Under the pieces are notes generated by a model. The model was given only the letters and a program-made list of their open reading frames with translations, was not told the origin of the DNA and did not search any database. DNA of 39,589 nucleotides from a bacterium (GTDB taxonomy: Bacteria > Patescibacteriota > Minisyncoccia > UBA6257 > GWB1-50-10). Below, piece after piece: positions 10,024 through 20,600 of the stretch. The position numbers and the translations under genes are program-made. The stretch covers positions 1 to 39,589 of the forward strand of contig JAKAID010000001.1 in NCBI GenBank assembly GCA_021814545.1, in the 5' to 3' direction. Every line of letters begins with the position of its first letter. Positions within the stretch are counted from its first letter, which is position 1.

Positions 10024-10788
10024 ATGGCGAAACCTTACCTCTCACTCGTAGTTCCTGTACGCAATGAGGCGGCTTCGCTGTTGCAGTCGCTCATTGCGAT
10101 GGATTACGCGCTCTCGCTTGCGGAATATTCTTCGGAGCTCATTGTGGTCGATGACGGCTCGACTGATGCGACTCCGGAGATAAGCGAGCATTTTGAGAAA
10201 GTCATGAAGACGCTCCGTACGGTGCGGAAGAAGCGTGCCGAGGGGAGCGGGGCTGCCATCAAAACGGGAATGGCCGCCGCACGGGGGAATGTGCGTATGG
10301 TGCTCCCCACCCGGTGCCTTGGGTTTTTGGAGTCCCGGGGCGAAGTTATGGCGGCTCTCCGCGGCGGGGCGGGTTTTGTGGTCGGCACGCGGAACAGACC
10401 GTACTCACGCGAGCCTTTCGGCGCGGTGATGCGGAGGGTGTTCCGGAGCGCGGGCAACAGGCTCCTTTGTGGTAAGGAGCTCACAAAATTTTCCGATGTG
10501 TGTTTTGGCGCTTTTGCGATGCGCGAAGAGATAGCCGAATGGCTCTTTTCCTTCCCCGAGCTCTCGAACGGCCGCGAAGGCGCACTCGAACTTTTTGCGC
10601 TCGCTGAAGGTAATGGCGTTTCTATCACCGAACTTTCCTGCGAGCGCTGCGGGCTGTGTTCTTTTTGCGGGAGTATGGGGGAATGGCTCATGCTCTTTTT
10701 CCGCTCATTCCGCATCCGTTCGCGGCTGCGCGCCAAGCATTACTATCGCCTTCCGCAGAGTGGCTCGAACGCTGAAGTCGAGGTATGA
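10024..10788 (+). CDS. GT2 glycosyltransferase-like protein (polyprenol-phosphate glycosyltransferase family), possibly degenerate
   Basis: LSLVVPVRNEA, IVVDDGSTDAT, G.GAAIKTG and VVGTR; the expected DxD is absent. Confidence 0.75.
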   Translation: MAKPYLSLVVPVRNEAASLLQSLIAMDYALSLAEYSSELIVVDDGSTDATPEISEHFEKVMKTLRTVRKKRAEGSGAAIKTGMAAARGNVRMVLPTRCLGFLESRGEVMAALRGGAGFVVGTRNRPYSREPFGAVMRRVFRSAGNRLLCGKELTKFSDVCFGAFAMREEIAEWLFSFPELSNGREGALELFALAEGNGVSITELSCERCGLCSFCGSMGEWLMLFFRSFRIRSRLRAKHYYRLPQSGSNAEVEV

Positions 10789-10797
10789 TTCAAAGTA

Positions 10798-11535
10798 ATG
10801 GATAAGCTTATCATCGGCAATTGGAAGATGCGTCCCACGACGCGGGGCGAGGCGGAAGCGCTTGCTCGCGCGAGCGACGCAGCGGGCGTGGTTGTGGCGC
10901 CTCCCTTTCCTTTTCTCGATGTGGCGAGCCGTATCATTACGCGCGCCGCACTCGCCGTGCAAAATGTATTTTCTGAAGACCCTGAGGGCGGGGGCGCGTA
11001 TACCGGCGAGGTGTCATGCGCCATGGCGCGTGCGATGGGTGCACGGTATGCGATAATCGGGCACTCGGAGCGGAGGGAATATCTGCGTGAGAGTGATGCG
11101 ATGATAGCGAAAAAGGTTTCCGCCGCGATCGCGGCAGGACTTACCCCGGTGCTCTGCGTGGGGGAGAAAAAAGAAGTCCGCGACAAGGGGAGCGACGCCG
11201 CGCGCGTATTCGTGGAAACCCAGCTTCTTGCCGACCTCACCCTCATTCGAGGGTCCGCGGAAGTCATCGTTGCCTATGAGCCCGTATGGGCCATCGGCAC
11301 CGGCGACAATGCCACCCCCGAGGTTGCTTCCGCGATGAGCGAGATGATACGCACGACGGTCGCCAAAAATTTTCCCGCGCTCAACATACGTGTGCTCTAT
11401 GGAGGTTCGGTGAGCGAGGAGAATATCGCCAGTTTCGCCGCGGAGCGCCGCATCGACGGTTTTCTCGTGGGGGGGGCGAGCGCGAAGGCGGCGGAATTCG
11501 CGAAAATGATAACGACTGTGCGAGAACTTCAATAG
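10798..11535 (+). CDS. tpiA: Triosephosphate isomerase
   Basis: GNWKM, GHSERR, AYEPVWAIGTG, LYGGSV and DGFLVGGAS. Confidence 0.97.
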   Translation: MDKLIIGNWKMRPTTRGEAEALARASDAAGVVVAPPFPFLDVASRIITRAALAVQNVFSEDPEGGGAYTGEVSCAMARAMGARYAIIGHSERREYLRESDAMIAKKVSAAIAAGLTPVLCVGEKKEVRDKGSDAARVFVETQLLADLTLIRGSAEVIVAYEPVWAIGTGDNATPEVASAMSEMIRTTVAKNFPALNIRVLYGGSVSEENIASFAAERRIDGFLVGGASAKAAEFAKMITTVRELQ

Positions 11536-11537
11536 CC

Positions 11538-12299
11538 ATGCCGCGAGGACTCAAGCAATTTTTGTATGGGTTGCTCTACGTCGCTCTTGCGGCGCTTCTT
11601 GGTATTCTTGCGTGGCGCACGTTCTTTTTTGCGCCCGCGACGTGTACCGACAATATTCAAAACCAGGGCGAAGCGGGCGTTGATTGCGGCGGTCCCTGTA
11701 CGCCCTGCGAGATAAAAGCGCTCGCGCCGCTTCAGGTATTCACGCCTTACACGCTTTCGCTTTCCACGGGGCAGGCAATCGCGCTGTTTGCGGTCGCAAA
11801 TCCGAATAGCACCTATCATGCGGCGCGTTTTGCATATCACGTTGATGTGTTCGACCGGGGCGGCACGCGTATTGAGGCGTTTGACGGTACTGATTCGCTT
11901 TTTGCGGGAGAACGGAAATACATCATTGAGTCGCGCATCACTGCGCGAAGAAGCAATATCGGACGCATTGAAATTTCTTTGTCCAATCCGCAGTGGGAAT
12001 CCGTTGCGCAGTTCTCGGCGCCCACACTTTCGCTCTCGGGCGTTATGACCGAGATGTTGCCGCGCGGGAGTATCCGCGTGGCCGGCTCGGTCGCGAATAC
12101 GGGCGGGATTGCCGCGAGCAATGTACACGTGCTTGCTGTCGCATTCGATAAATATGGCGGGCGCATATTCGCCGCACAGAATGTTCTCACTTCGCTTGTG
12201 GGGTTTGAGAATGCATCGTTTACCATTCCCTTTCCCACCGACACTGTTTTCCAGAACATAGACACGGCAAGAACACAGGTATTTGTGAGCGGACAATGA
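11538..12299 (+). CDS. Membrane-anchored hypothetical protein with Cys-rich linker and beta-rich domains
   Basis: TM helix, then TCTDNIQNQGEAGVDCGGPCTPC; ATG 2 nt after the tpiA stop; overlaps the rodA start (ATGA). Confidence 0.8.
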   Translation: MPRGLKQFLYGLLYVALAALLGILAWRTFFFAPATCTDNIQNQGEAGVDCGGPCTPCEIKALAPLQVFTPYTLSLSTGQAIALFAVANPNSTYHAARFAYHVDVFDRGGTRIEAFDGTDSLFAGERKYIIESRITARRSNIGRIEISLSNPQWESVAQFSAPTLSLSGVMTEMLPRGSIRVAGSVANTGGIAASNVHVLAVAFDKYGGRIFAAQNVLTSLVGFENASFTIPFPTDTVFQNIDTARTQVFVSGQ

Positions 12300-13372
12300 T
12301 GCGAAGTTTGAGAAATTTTGATTGGGGCATCATCGCGGGTTTGTGCGTCCTCGCGGCGGCAAGCCTTGTTTCGCTCGCGAGCTCGAATATCGCGTTTTTT
12401 TGGCGCCAGATAGTCTGGTATGTCATAGGTTTTTTTATCATCATTGTTGGCAGCAGATTTGATTGGCGGTGGCTCGGGAGCCAGGGGTGGTTCCGCCAGG
12501 GCCTCTACTGGGTGAGCGTAGGACTGGTGCTGTTCTCCAATCTGCAGTCGGGGACCATTCGCGGAACGAAAAGCTGGATAAGTATTGCGGGCATTCAATT
12601 CGAGCCGGGCGAGCTTACGAAGCTCGCGCTTATCCTTATTTTTGCGGATTTTTTTGCGCGGCGGCACATCCACGCGTGGCGTGCGAAGAACATCATCACC
12701 TCATTTCTCTATGCCGCGCTTCCTGCAGGTCTCATTGCTATCCACCCCGACCTTGGGTCGGCGACCATCGTAATGTCGCTTTGGTTTGGATATATGCTCA
12801 TGAGCGGCGTTCATGTGAAGCGTTTTTTGCTCGGCGTGGGCGTTGTGGTCCTGGCGGCGGCGCTTATGTGGTCATTTTTCTTGAAACCCTACCAGCGTGA
12901 CCGCATAACGAGCTTCCTTTCTCCTGAGCGCGACCCGCTTGGCGTGAGTTATAACGTTATTCAGGCAAAAATCGCTATCGGTTCTGCAGGTTTTTGGGGC
13001 AAGGGGTTCATGATGGGCACCCAGACCCAGTTCAAATTTTTGCCTGAGTCCCAGACCGACTTTCTCTTTGCCGCGTTCGTAGAGGAGTGGGGATTTGTAG
13101 GGGGCATTCTTGTTCTCTTGACATTTCTTTTCATAGTGTATAGGCTCATATCAATTGGACTCAGAGCCCGCGATAATTATTTCAGACTAATAAGTTTGGG
13201 AGGGGGTCTGTTTTTTGTAGTCCATTTATTTATCAATGTAGGTGCGAATCTTGGTCTGCTGCCGGTGGCGGGCGTCACCCTCCCCTTTTTCAGCTACGGG
13301 GGATCGAACATCCTGACGTCCTCGATAATTTTAAGCATAATCCAACACATTAAACTTGAATCCTCAGCTTGA
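12296..13372 (+). CDS. rodA: SEDS family peptidoglycan polymerase RodA
   Basis: GTKSWI, FEPGELTK, HPDLGS, LKPYQRDRI, AIGSAG..GKG, LPESQTDF, EEWGF, LPFFSYGGS. Confidence 0.92.
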   Translation: MMRSLRNFDWGIIAGLCVLAAASLVSLASSNIAFFWRQIVWYVIGFFIIIVGSRFDWRWLGSQGWFRQGLYWVSVGLVLFSNLQSGTIRGTKSWISIAGIQFEPGELTKLALILIFADFFARRHIHAWRAKNIITSFLYAALPAGLIAIHPDLGSATIVMSLWFGYMLMSGVHVKRFLLGVGVVVLAAALMWSFFLKPYQRDRITSFLSPERDPLGVSYNVIQAKIAIGSAGFWGKGFMMGTQTQFKFLPESQTDFLFAAFVEEWGFVGGILVLLTFLFIVYRLISIGLRARDNYFRLISLGGGLFFVVHLFINVGANLGLLPVAGVTLPFFSYGGSNILTSSIILSIIQHIKLESSA

Positions 13373-14405
13373 ACAAAGAGGCAATTTAAGCACCGGGCTC
13401 CTCACTGCGTTAGGAGGAGCGTTGCTGCTCATCATTGTTACCGCATACTTTTTTTATGGTCTGCAACCCGCGGACCTGAACGGCCACCCCGCTGCGGGCG
13501 TGGCTGGTCCTGTTTTTGCGACGACCACATTTACCATCGCGAAGGGGGATGGCGTGCGCGATATCGGTGAACGCCTTCTTCAGGATTCGCTTATCAAGTC
13601 TCTTACCGTGTTTAAACTCTATTCGCTTGTGAGCGGCAAGGCGCAGAAGTTCCTCCCGGGTGCGTACGAGCTTTCACCCGCAATGAGCACGCCCGAGATA
13701 ATAACCGCGCTCACCACTCCGGGGAACAATGAGGTGCAGGTGACCATTCCCGAGGGCTCTACCGTGAAGGACATCGAGGCGATACTTACCGGTGCGGGCG
13801 TATGGAAGAAGGGCGCATCGTTCGGCGCTCCTACGAAAGAACTGCAGGCCGAGTATCCGTTCCTTGCGAGCGCAACCTCATTTGAAGGATTCTTGTTCCC
13901 GGATACCTATCGCATCGCGCTTGATGCGCCGCCTGAACGGCTCATAAGAATGTTCCTCGATAATTTTCAAATAAAAGCGTGGTCATTGCTCGAGGGCAAG
14001 CAGGGCTGGTACCAATCGCTTACGCTCGCCTCGCTTCTCGAACGTGAGATACCCGCATTTCCTGATAGGCAAATGGTCGCCGCGATACTCTTAAGGCGAA
14101 TGCGGATACGGATGCCCCTGCAGGTCGATGCGACAGTGAGCTACGCAAAGTGCGCGGGAGAGCTAAGGGATTGCGATGTGCTGAAGATAACGAAGACCGA
14201 TACGGCGATGAGTTCTCCTTACAATACCTATCAGCGGCTCGGATGGCCGCCCACGCCGATAGCGAACCCTGGACAAGCGGCGATACGCGCGGCGCTTGCT
14301 CCGAAAGATAATCCTTACCTCTACTATCTTTCAGCGAAGACTGGAGAGACCATGTTCTCGAAGACCTTGGAAGAACACAACAGCAAGCGAGCAAAGTACT
14401 TATAA
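13356..14405 (+). CDS. mltG: Endolytic transglycosylase MltG (TTG start, exact start uncertain)
   Basis: VTIPEG, EGFLFPDTY, ASLLERE, MPLQVDATV, SPYNTY and PPTPIANPG. Confidence 0.93.
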   Translation: MNPQLEQRGNLSTGLLTALGGALLLIIVTAYFFYGLQPADLNGHPAAGVAGPVFATTTFTIAKGDGVRDIGERLLQDSLIKSLTVFKLYSLVSGKAQKFLPGAYELSPAMSTPEIITALTTPGNNEVQVTIPEGSTVKDIEAILTGAGVWKKGASFGAPTKELQAEYPFLASATSFEGFLFPDTYRIALDAPPERLIRMFLDNFQIKAWSLLEGKQGWYQSLTLASLLEREIPAFPDRQMVAAILLRRMRIRMPLQVDATVSYAKCAGELRDCDVLKITKTDTAMSSPYNTYQRLGWPPTPIANPGQAAIRAALAPKDNPYLYYLSAKTGETMFSKTLEEHNSKRAKYL

Positions 14406-14415
14406 CCAACGCCCC

Positions 14416-17400
14416 ATGCATCAAAAAACAAAAATATTCACCAAATACAACGGTCCGAAGTTCGCCCAGCCGAACCTTATTGAGATTCAGCGTAATTCGT
14501 TCGACTGGTTCTTAAAGAAAGGCTTGCGTGAGCTTTTTGACGAGATATCTCCCATCCGCGACCACACGGGCAAGGAGCTTGAACTGAGCTTCCAGGATTA
14601 TAAATTCGATGCGCCTAAGTACACGGAGGAACAGGCCAAAGAAAAGGACCTTTCTTATGAGGCGTCGCTTCGCGTGAATTTAAAATTGGTGAACAAGGTT
14701 ACGAAGGAGGCGAACGTGCAGGAGGTGTATCTCGGCGATTTCCCGATGATGACGAAGCGGGGCACGTTCATTATCAGCGGCGTAGAGCGCGTGGTTATCT
14801 CGCAGCTCGTGCGTTCGCCTGGTGCGTATTTCACCGAGAACATTGCACGCGGAAGGAAACTTTTCGGCGCGAAGGTTATCCCGAACCGTGGCGTATGGCT
14901 TGAGTTCGAGACCGAGGCCGACGGCTTCATCGGCGTGCGTATTGACCGCAAGAGGAAAGCGCCCGTGACGCAGCTCCTGCGCATATTTGGCTTCGCTTCG
15001 ACCGAAGAGATGCAGAAGGAATTCGCCGATGTGGATACTGGTGAAATTAAATTCATCCAGGCAACGCTCAAAAAAGATGATGCGGAGAGCGCCGACGATG
15101 CGTTTGTGAGCATTCACCACAGGCTTCGCCCGGGCGACCTTACGACCGCAGAAAATGCGAAGTCGCTCATTGAGGGCATGTTTTTCCGTTTTGACCGTTA
15201 TGATTTGAGCCCCGTGGGCCGGTTCAAGATGAATCAGCGCCTCGGCATTACGAAGAAAGAAGGCGGTCTTCTTGATAAAGATGACGTTATCGCCATTTTG
15301 AAGGAGATTATCCGTTTGAATAATAGTCTCAATGCGGAGGCTGATGATATCGACCATCTTGGCAACCGCCGCGTGCGCGCGGTGGGTGAGCTTATTCAGT
15401 TGCGCCTGCGCGTGGGATTTGCGCGTTTGCGCCGTGGCGTACAGGACAGGATGTCGACGCTCGAGCGCCGTTCGCTCCAGCCGGTGCAGCTTGTGAACTA
15501 CAAATTGTTGACCGCAGTGGTGCGCGACTTCTTCCAGGCATCGCAGCTCTCGCAGTTCATGGACCAGGTGAATCCGCTCGCAGAACTCGAGCACAAGCGC
15601 CGTCTCTCGGCGATGGGCCCGGGCGGCTTGACCCGCGAACGCGCCGGCTTCGAGGTGCGTGACGTGCACTCCTCGTTCTATGGACGCATCTGTCCTATTC
15701 AGACGCCGGAAGGCGCGAACATCGGTCTTGTGAGCTATCTCTCGAACTATGCTCGTTTGAACGAACTTGGATTCATCGAGACCCCGTACTTCAAGGTGAA
15801 GAACGGCGTCGTGACCTCAAGCGTGGTGTGGCTCGATGCGATAGAGGAAGAAAAATACACTATCGCACAGGCCGACCTTAAAACCGATGAGAAGGGCTAC
15901 ATCGTTGATGATGTGGTGGCGGCGCGCGTAAAAGGCGAGCCGGGCACCTGCAAGCGCGAGGACGTTGATTGCATCGACGTGTCCGCGAACCAGTTCACTT
16001 CGGTCGCGACTTCGCTCATTCCGTTCCTCGAGCACGATGATGCAAGCCGCGCGCTCATGGGTTCGAACATGCAGAGGCAGGGCACTCCCTCCATCGTTCC
16101 GGATGCGCCGCTTGTCGGCACCGGCCAGGAGGACCGTGCCGCGCATGATTCCGAGCAGGTCATCCTCGCAGAGGAGGACGGCGCGGTAGTTGAGGCGGAC
16201 AGCGAGGCGGTTTCAGTGAAGGGCGCTTCGGGCGTGAAAAAATATCCGATTTTGAAATTCGTGCGCTCGAACCAGTCAACCTGTCTCTCGCAACGCCCTA
16301 TTGTTGCGGTAGGCGACAAGGTAAAGAAAGGTGACATTTTAGCCGATGGTCCCGCGACCCAGAACGGCGTGCTGAGCTTGGGGCAGAACCTCCTCGTTGC
16401 CTTCATCCCGTGGCGCGGCGGTAACTTCGAAGACGCCATCATTCTCTCGGAGCGCGTGGCGCGTGATGACCGGTTCACCTCTATCCACATCGAGACCTTC
16501 GTGTGTTCGGTGCGTGATACGAAGCTTGGTCCCGAGATAACGACCCCTGATATCCCGAACGTTTCGGAAGATAAATTGAGGAACCTCGACGAGGAGGGTA
16601 TCGTGCGCATCGGTGCGGAAGTCCGCCCCGGCGACATTTTGGTGGGTAAAATCTCTCCGAAAGGCGAGTCAGAATTAAGCTCCGAGGAGCGCCTCCTTCG
16701 CGCCATCTTCGGCGAGAAGGCGCGCGACGTGAAGGATACTTCGCTTACGCTCCCGCACGGCAAGAACGGCCGCATCATTGGCATCAAGATATTCTCGCGC
16801 GAGAAAGGCGATAAGCTTGAGCCCGGCATCATTAAGAAAATCCAGGTTGAGGTGGCGCAGCTCCGCAAGGTGCGCGCGGGCGATAAGCTCGCCGGCCGCC
16901 ACGGCAACAAGGGTGTTATTTCATCCATTCGCCCTATGGCAGATATGCCGTATCTCGCGGATGGCCGCCCGGTGGATATCGTCTTGAACCCGCTCGGCGT
17001 CGTGTCTCGTATGAACATCGGTCAGATACTTGAGACGCACCTTGGTTTTGCTGCGGAGAAGCTTGGTTATCGCGCTATCGTTCCGAACTTCGTCGGCGGT
17101 GACGAGGACGTTATTCGCGAAGAGTTGAAGAAGGCGGACCTTCCAGAATCAGGCAAGGTAACGCTCCACGACGGCATCACGGGCGAGCCGTTCCGGGCCC
17201 CCATCACGGTTGGTTACATCTACATGATGAAGCTGAACCATCTCGTGGAAGATAAAATTCACATGCGTTCTACGGGCCCATACTCGCTTATCACCCAGCA
17301 GCCGCTTGGCGGTAAAGCGCAGCTCGGCGGCCAGCGCTTCGGTGAAATGGAGGTGTGGGCGCTCGAGGGGTATGGTTCCGCACATACGCTTCAGGAAATG

Positions 17401-17625
17401 CTCACTATCAAATCTGACGATGTGCTTGGTCGTTCGGCAGCGTTCGAGGCCATCATTCGCGGTACCGAGATAAAGAAGCCGAACGTACCCGCATCATTTA
17501 ACGTGCTCGTGAGCGAGTTGAAATCATTGGGTTTGAATGTTGCGCACGATGGCGTGACTGATGGCGGCGGCGGCGGTGGGAAGCGCAAGGCAACGGTCGA
17601 GGCAGCGGGAGAAACCGAAGAATAA
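14416..17625 (+). CDS. rpoB: RNA polymerase beta subunit
   Basis: GVERVVISQL, SQLSQFMDQ, ALMGSNMQRQ, GDKLAGRHGNKG and GGQRFGEME. Confidence 0.99.
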   Translation: MHQKTKIFTKYNGPKFAQPNLIEIQRNSFDWFLKKGLRELFDEISPIRDHTGKELELSFQDYKFDAPKYTEEQAKEKDLSYEASLRVNLKLVNKVTKEANVQEVYLGDFPMMTKRGTFIISGVERVVISQLVRSPGAYFTENIARGRKLFGAKVIPNRGVWLEFETEADGFIGVRIDRKRKAPVTQLLRIFGFASTEEMQKEFADVDTGEIKFIQATLKKDDAESADDAFVSIHHRLRPGDLTTAENAKSLIEGMFFRFDRYDLSPVGRFKMNQRLGITKKEGGLLDKDDVIAILKEIIRLNNSLNAEADDIDHLGNRRVRAVGELIQLRLRVGFARLRRGVQDRMSTLERRSLQPVQLVNYKLLTAVVRDFFQASQLSQFMDQVNPLAELEHKRRLSAMGPGGLTRERAGFEVRDVHSSFYGRICPIQTPEGANIGLVSYLSNYARLNELGFIETPYFKVKNGVVTSSVVWLDAIEEEKYTIAQADLKTDEKGYIVDDVVAARVKGEPGTCKREDVDCIDVSANQFTSVATSLIPFLEHDDASRALMGSNMQRQGTPSIVPDAPLVGTGQEDRAAHDSEQVILAEEDGAVVEADSEAVSVKGASGVKKYPILKFVRSNQSTCLSQRPIVAVGDKVKKGDILADGPATQNGVLSLGQNLLVAFIPWRGGNFEDAIILSERVARDDRFTSIHIETFVCSVRDTKLGPEITTPDIPNVSEDKLRNLDEEGIVRIGAEVRPGDILVGKISPKGESELSSEERLLRAIFGEKARDVKDTSLTLPHGKNGRIIGIKIFSREKGDKLEPGIIKKIQVEVAQLRKVRAGDKLAGRHGNKGVISSIRPMADMPYLADGRPVDIVLNPLGVVSRMNIGQILETHLGFAAEKLGYRAIVPNFVGGDEDVIREELKKADLPESGKVTLHDGITGEPFRAPITVGYIYMMKLNHLVEDKIHMRSTGPYSLITQQPLGGKAQLGGQRFGEMEVWALEGYGSAHTLQEMLTIKSDDVLGRSAAFEAIIRGTEIKKPNVPASFNVLVSELKSLGLNVAHDGVTDGGGGGGKRKATVEAAGETEE

Positions 17626-17630
17626 CGAAC

Positions 17631-20600
17631 ATGGATAAAAATTTAGACATAACGAATATCTCGGTACGCCTCGCTTCTCCTGACGAGATATTGAACTGGT
17701 CCTATGGCGAGGTTACAAAGCCGGAAACATTGAACTACCGGACGCAGCGCCCCGAAAAGGACGGCTTGTTCTCCGAGCGCATTTTCGGTCCCACGAAGGA
17801 TTACGAATGCTATTGCGGAAAGTACAAGAAGGTCCGCTATAAGGATGTTGTCTGCGAAAAATGTGGCGTTGAAGTGACACGTGCCATTGTGCGCCGTGAG
17901 CGCATGGGCCACATCACGCTCGCGGCCCCCGTCGCGCACATTTGGTTCCTCCGCACGGTGCCCTCAAAGCTCGGACTTCTCCTCGATATTGCCGTGTCGA
18001 AACTCGAGAAAGTCGTTTACTACGCGGCATTCATCGTAACGGCGGTGCACGACGAGAACAGAAAGCGTGCTTTAGAGACGCTCCAGAAGGAATTCAAGAC
18101 CTTAAAGAGCGAGAAAGGGCAGGACCTCAAATCGATCGAAGAGAGCGCAGAGAACCTGAAGCAGATATTGATGACGCTCCGTCCTGGTCTCATTTTGACC
18201 GAGAGCGAGTATTTCAGTTTGGCAGAGAGGTTCGGCGATGTGTTCGAGGCGGACCGCGGCGCGGGTGCGTTGCGGAAAATCCTCGAGCAGCTTGACCTTA
18301 AAGTGCTCGTGCGCCGCTTGAAGAAAGAGCTCGAGGAGGTGCGTGATGAAAATCGTTTGAAGCGCGCGCTTCGCCGCTTGAAGCTTGCGCAGTCGTTCCT
18401 TGATGCGGGCATTCGTCCAGAGTGGATGATTATGACCATTCTTCCGGTGCTCCCCCCCGAGTTGCGCCCCATGGTGCCGCTCGAGGGCGGCCGCTACGCG
18501 ACCGCGGACTTGAATGACCTCTATCGTCGTGTCATCAACCGCAACAACCGTCTGAAGAAGCTCATGGAGCTTCGCAGCCCCGAAGTCATTATTACGAACG
18601 AGAAGCGTATGCTCCAGGAAGCGGTGGATGCGCTCATCGACAACACCGCACGCGCAGGGAGCCAGCTACTCTCGACGCGGCGCAGGCCGCTCCGCTCGCT
18701 CGCGGACATGTTGAAGGGCAAGCAGGGGCGTTTCCGCCAGAACCTTCTCGGCAAGCGCGTGGACTACTCCGCACGCTCTGTGATCGTGGTGGGTCCGGAC
18801 CTCAAGCTCGACGAGTGCGGTCTTCCGAAAAACATGGCGCTCGAGCTTTTCCGGCATTTCGTTATCAATAAAATCATCGAACGTGGTTTAGCGTTCAACA
18901 TTAAGCAGGCGAACCGGTTCATCGAGCAAGGCTCTCCCGAAGTATGGGCCATCCTCGAAGAAGTCATTAAGAACAAGCGCGTGCTCTTGAACCGTGCGCC
19001 GACGTTGCACCGCCTTGGCATCCAGGCGTTCAAGCCGTTGCTTACCGAGGACCTTGCTATCCGCATTCCGCCGCTCGTGTGTACCGCCTTTAACGCGGAC
19101 TTCGACGGCGACCAGATGGCAGTCCACTTGCCGCTCACTGCCGAAGCGCAGTATGAGGCGAGCGAAATAATGAATGCTTCGAGGAACTTGTTGAAGCCCT
19201 CGAGCGGCGACCCTATCGTTTCTCCGACGCAGGACATGGTGCTTGGCGCCTACTTCTTGACGCACCTTGTTGAAGGCACAAAGGGTGAGGGGAAGGTGTT
19301 CGCGCACATGGCAGAGGCGATGTTCGCCTACGAGACTGGCCACATCGACATCAATGCGAAGATAAAAGCACCGGTCAATGGCGTGCTTACCGAAACTTCG
19401 CTCGGCCGTCTTATCTTCAACAGCGTACTGCCGGCAGATTTCGAGTTCGTGAACGCGCAACTTGGCAAAAAGGAGCTTCCGAAGCTTGTCGCAAAGATCG
19501 TGGAGAAATACGGTCTTGAGGAGGCAGGCGCGTACATCAACGCTATTAAGGACCTCGGTTACGCCTATGCGACTGTTTCTGCGATAACGTGGAGCGTCAA
19601 CGACATGGTGGCGCCCCCTGAAAAGAAAGCGGTGATAAAAGAAGCGGAGGCGCGTGTGGCGGAGATAGAAAGCCAGTATAATGACGGCTTGCTCACCGCA
19701 AAGGAGCGCCGCGCAAAGATCATCGAGATATGGGATGAGACCCGCGAGAAAGTTACGAAGCTTATTCCTGCCTCGTTCAAGGAAGGGAATCCGGTGTACA
19801 CCATCATTGATTCGGGTGCGCGCGGCAGCTGGCAACAGCCTGCACAGATGATGGGCATGAAAGGCTTGGTCATCAATCCGCAGGGCGAGACGATCGAGCT
19901 TCCGGTGAAGTCTTCCTTCAAAGAAGGGTTCAGCGTTATCGAATATTTCAGCTCGACGCACGGTGCGCGTAAAGGTACGACCGATACCGCATTGAAGACC
20001 GCGACCGCAGGTTACCTCACCCGCCGCTTGGTGGATGTGGCGCAGGACCTTATTATCCGCGAGGACGATTGCGGCGCCGAGGAGGGAATTACCCTGGTGC
20101 GTACGGAAGGCGATGCATATGGATATGCGTTCGGCGACAGGCTCTTTTCGCGTGTGAGCCTCGAGAACATTCGCATCGACCGCAAGCTTGTTGTGGAGGC
20201 GGGCGAGGTCATCTCGCGCGATGCCGCAAAGGCTATCCAGGATTCGAAGATAGAAAAGGTAGTCGTGCGCTCGCCCATTTCTTGCCGTTCGACGACCGGA
20301 ATTTGCGCGAAGTGTTATGGCCTCGACCTTACGAAGAACAAGCTTGTCGAGTCGGGCACTGCGGTCGGTATTATTGCCGCGCAGTCCATCGGCGAGCCGG
20401 GCACGCAGCTTACCATGAAAACCTTCCACGTCGGAGGTATCACCGGCGTCGATATCACGCACGGTCTTCCCCGCGTAGAGGAGGTGTTCGAGGCGCGTCC
20501 GCCGAAAGGCAAGGCGCCGCTCGCGAAAGCTGATGGCATCGTTGATGCCATCACGGAGAAGGGCCTTGCGCGCGTTATTACTGTGAAGAAGTCCGGCCCC

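Noticed and set aside
15529-15630. Intrinsic rifampicin-resistance substitutions in RpoB cluster I
   Set aside because: The key Q, D, H, R and S residues (SQLSQFMDQ..HKRRLS) are wild type.
18888-20462. 524-aa antisense ORF and similar long antisense ORFs over rpoB, pilB, groEL and rel
   Set aside because: These are shadows of well-conserved GC-rich genes, with no motifs of their own.
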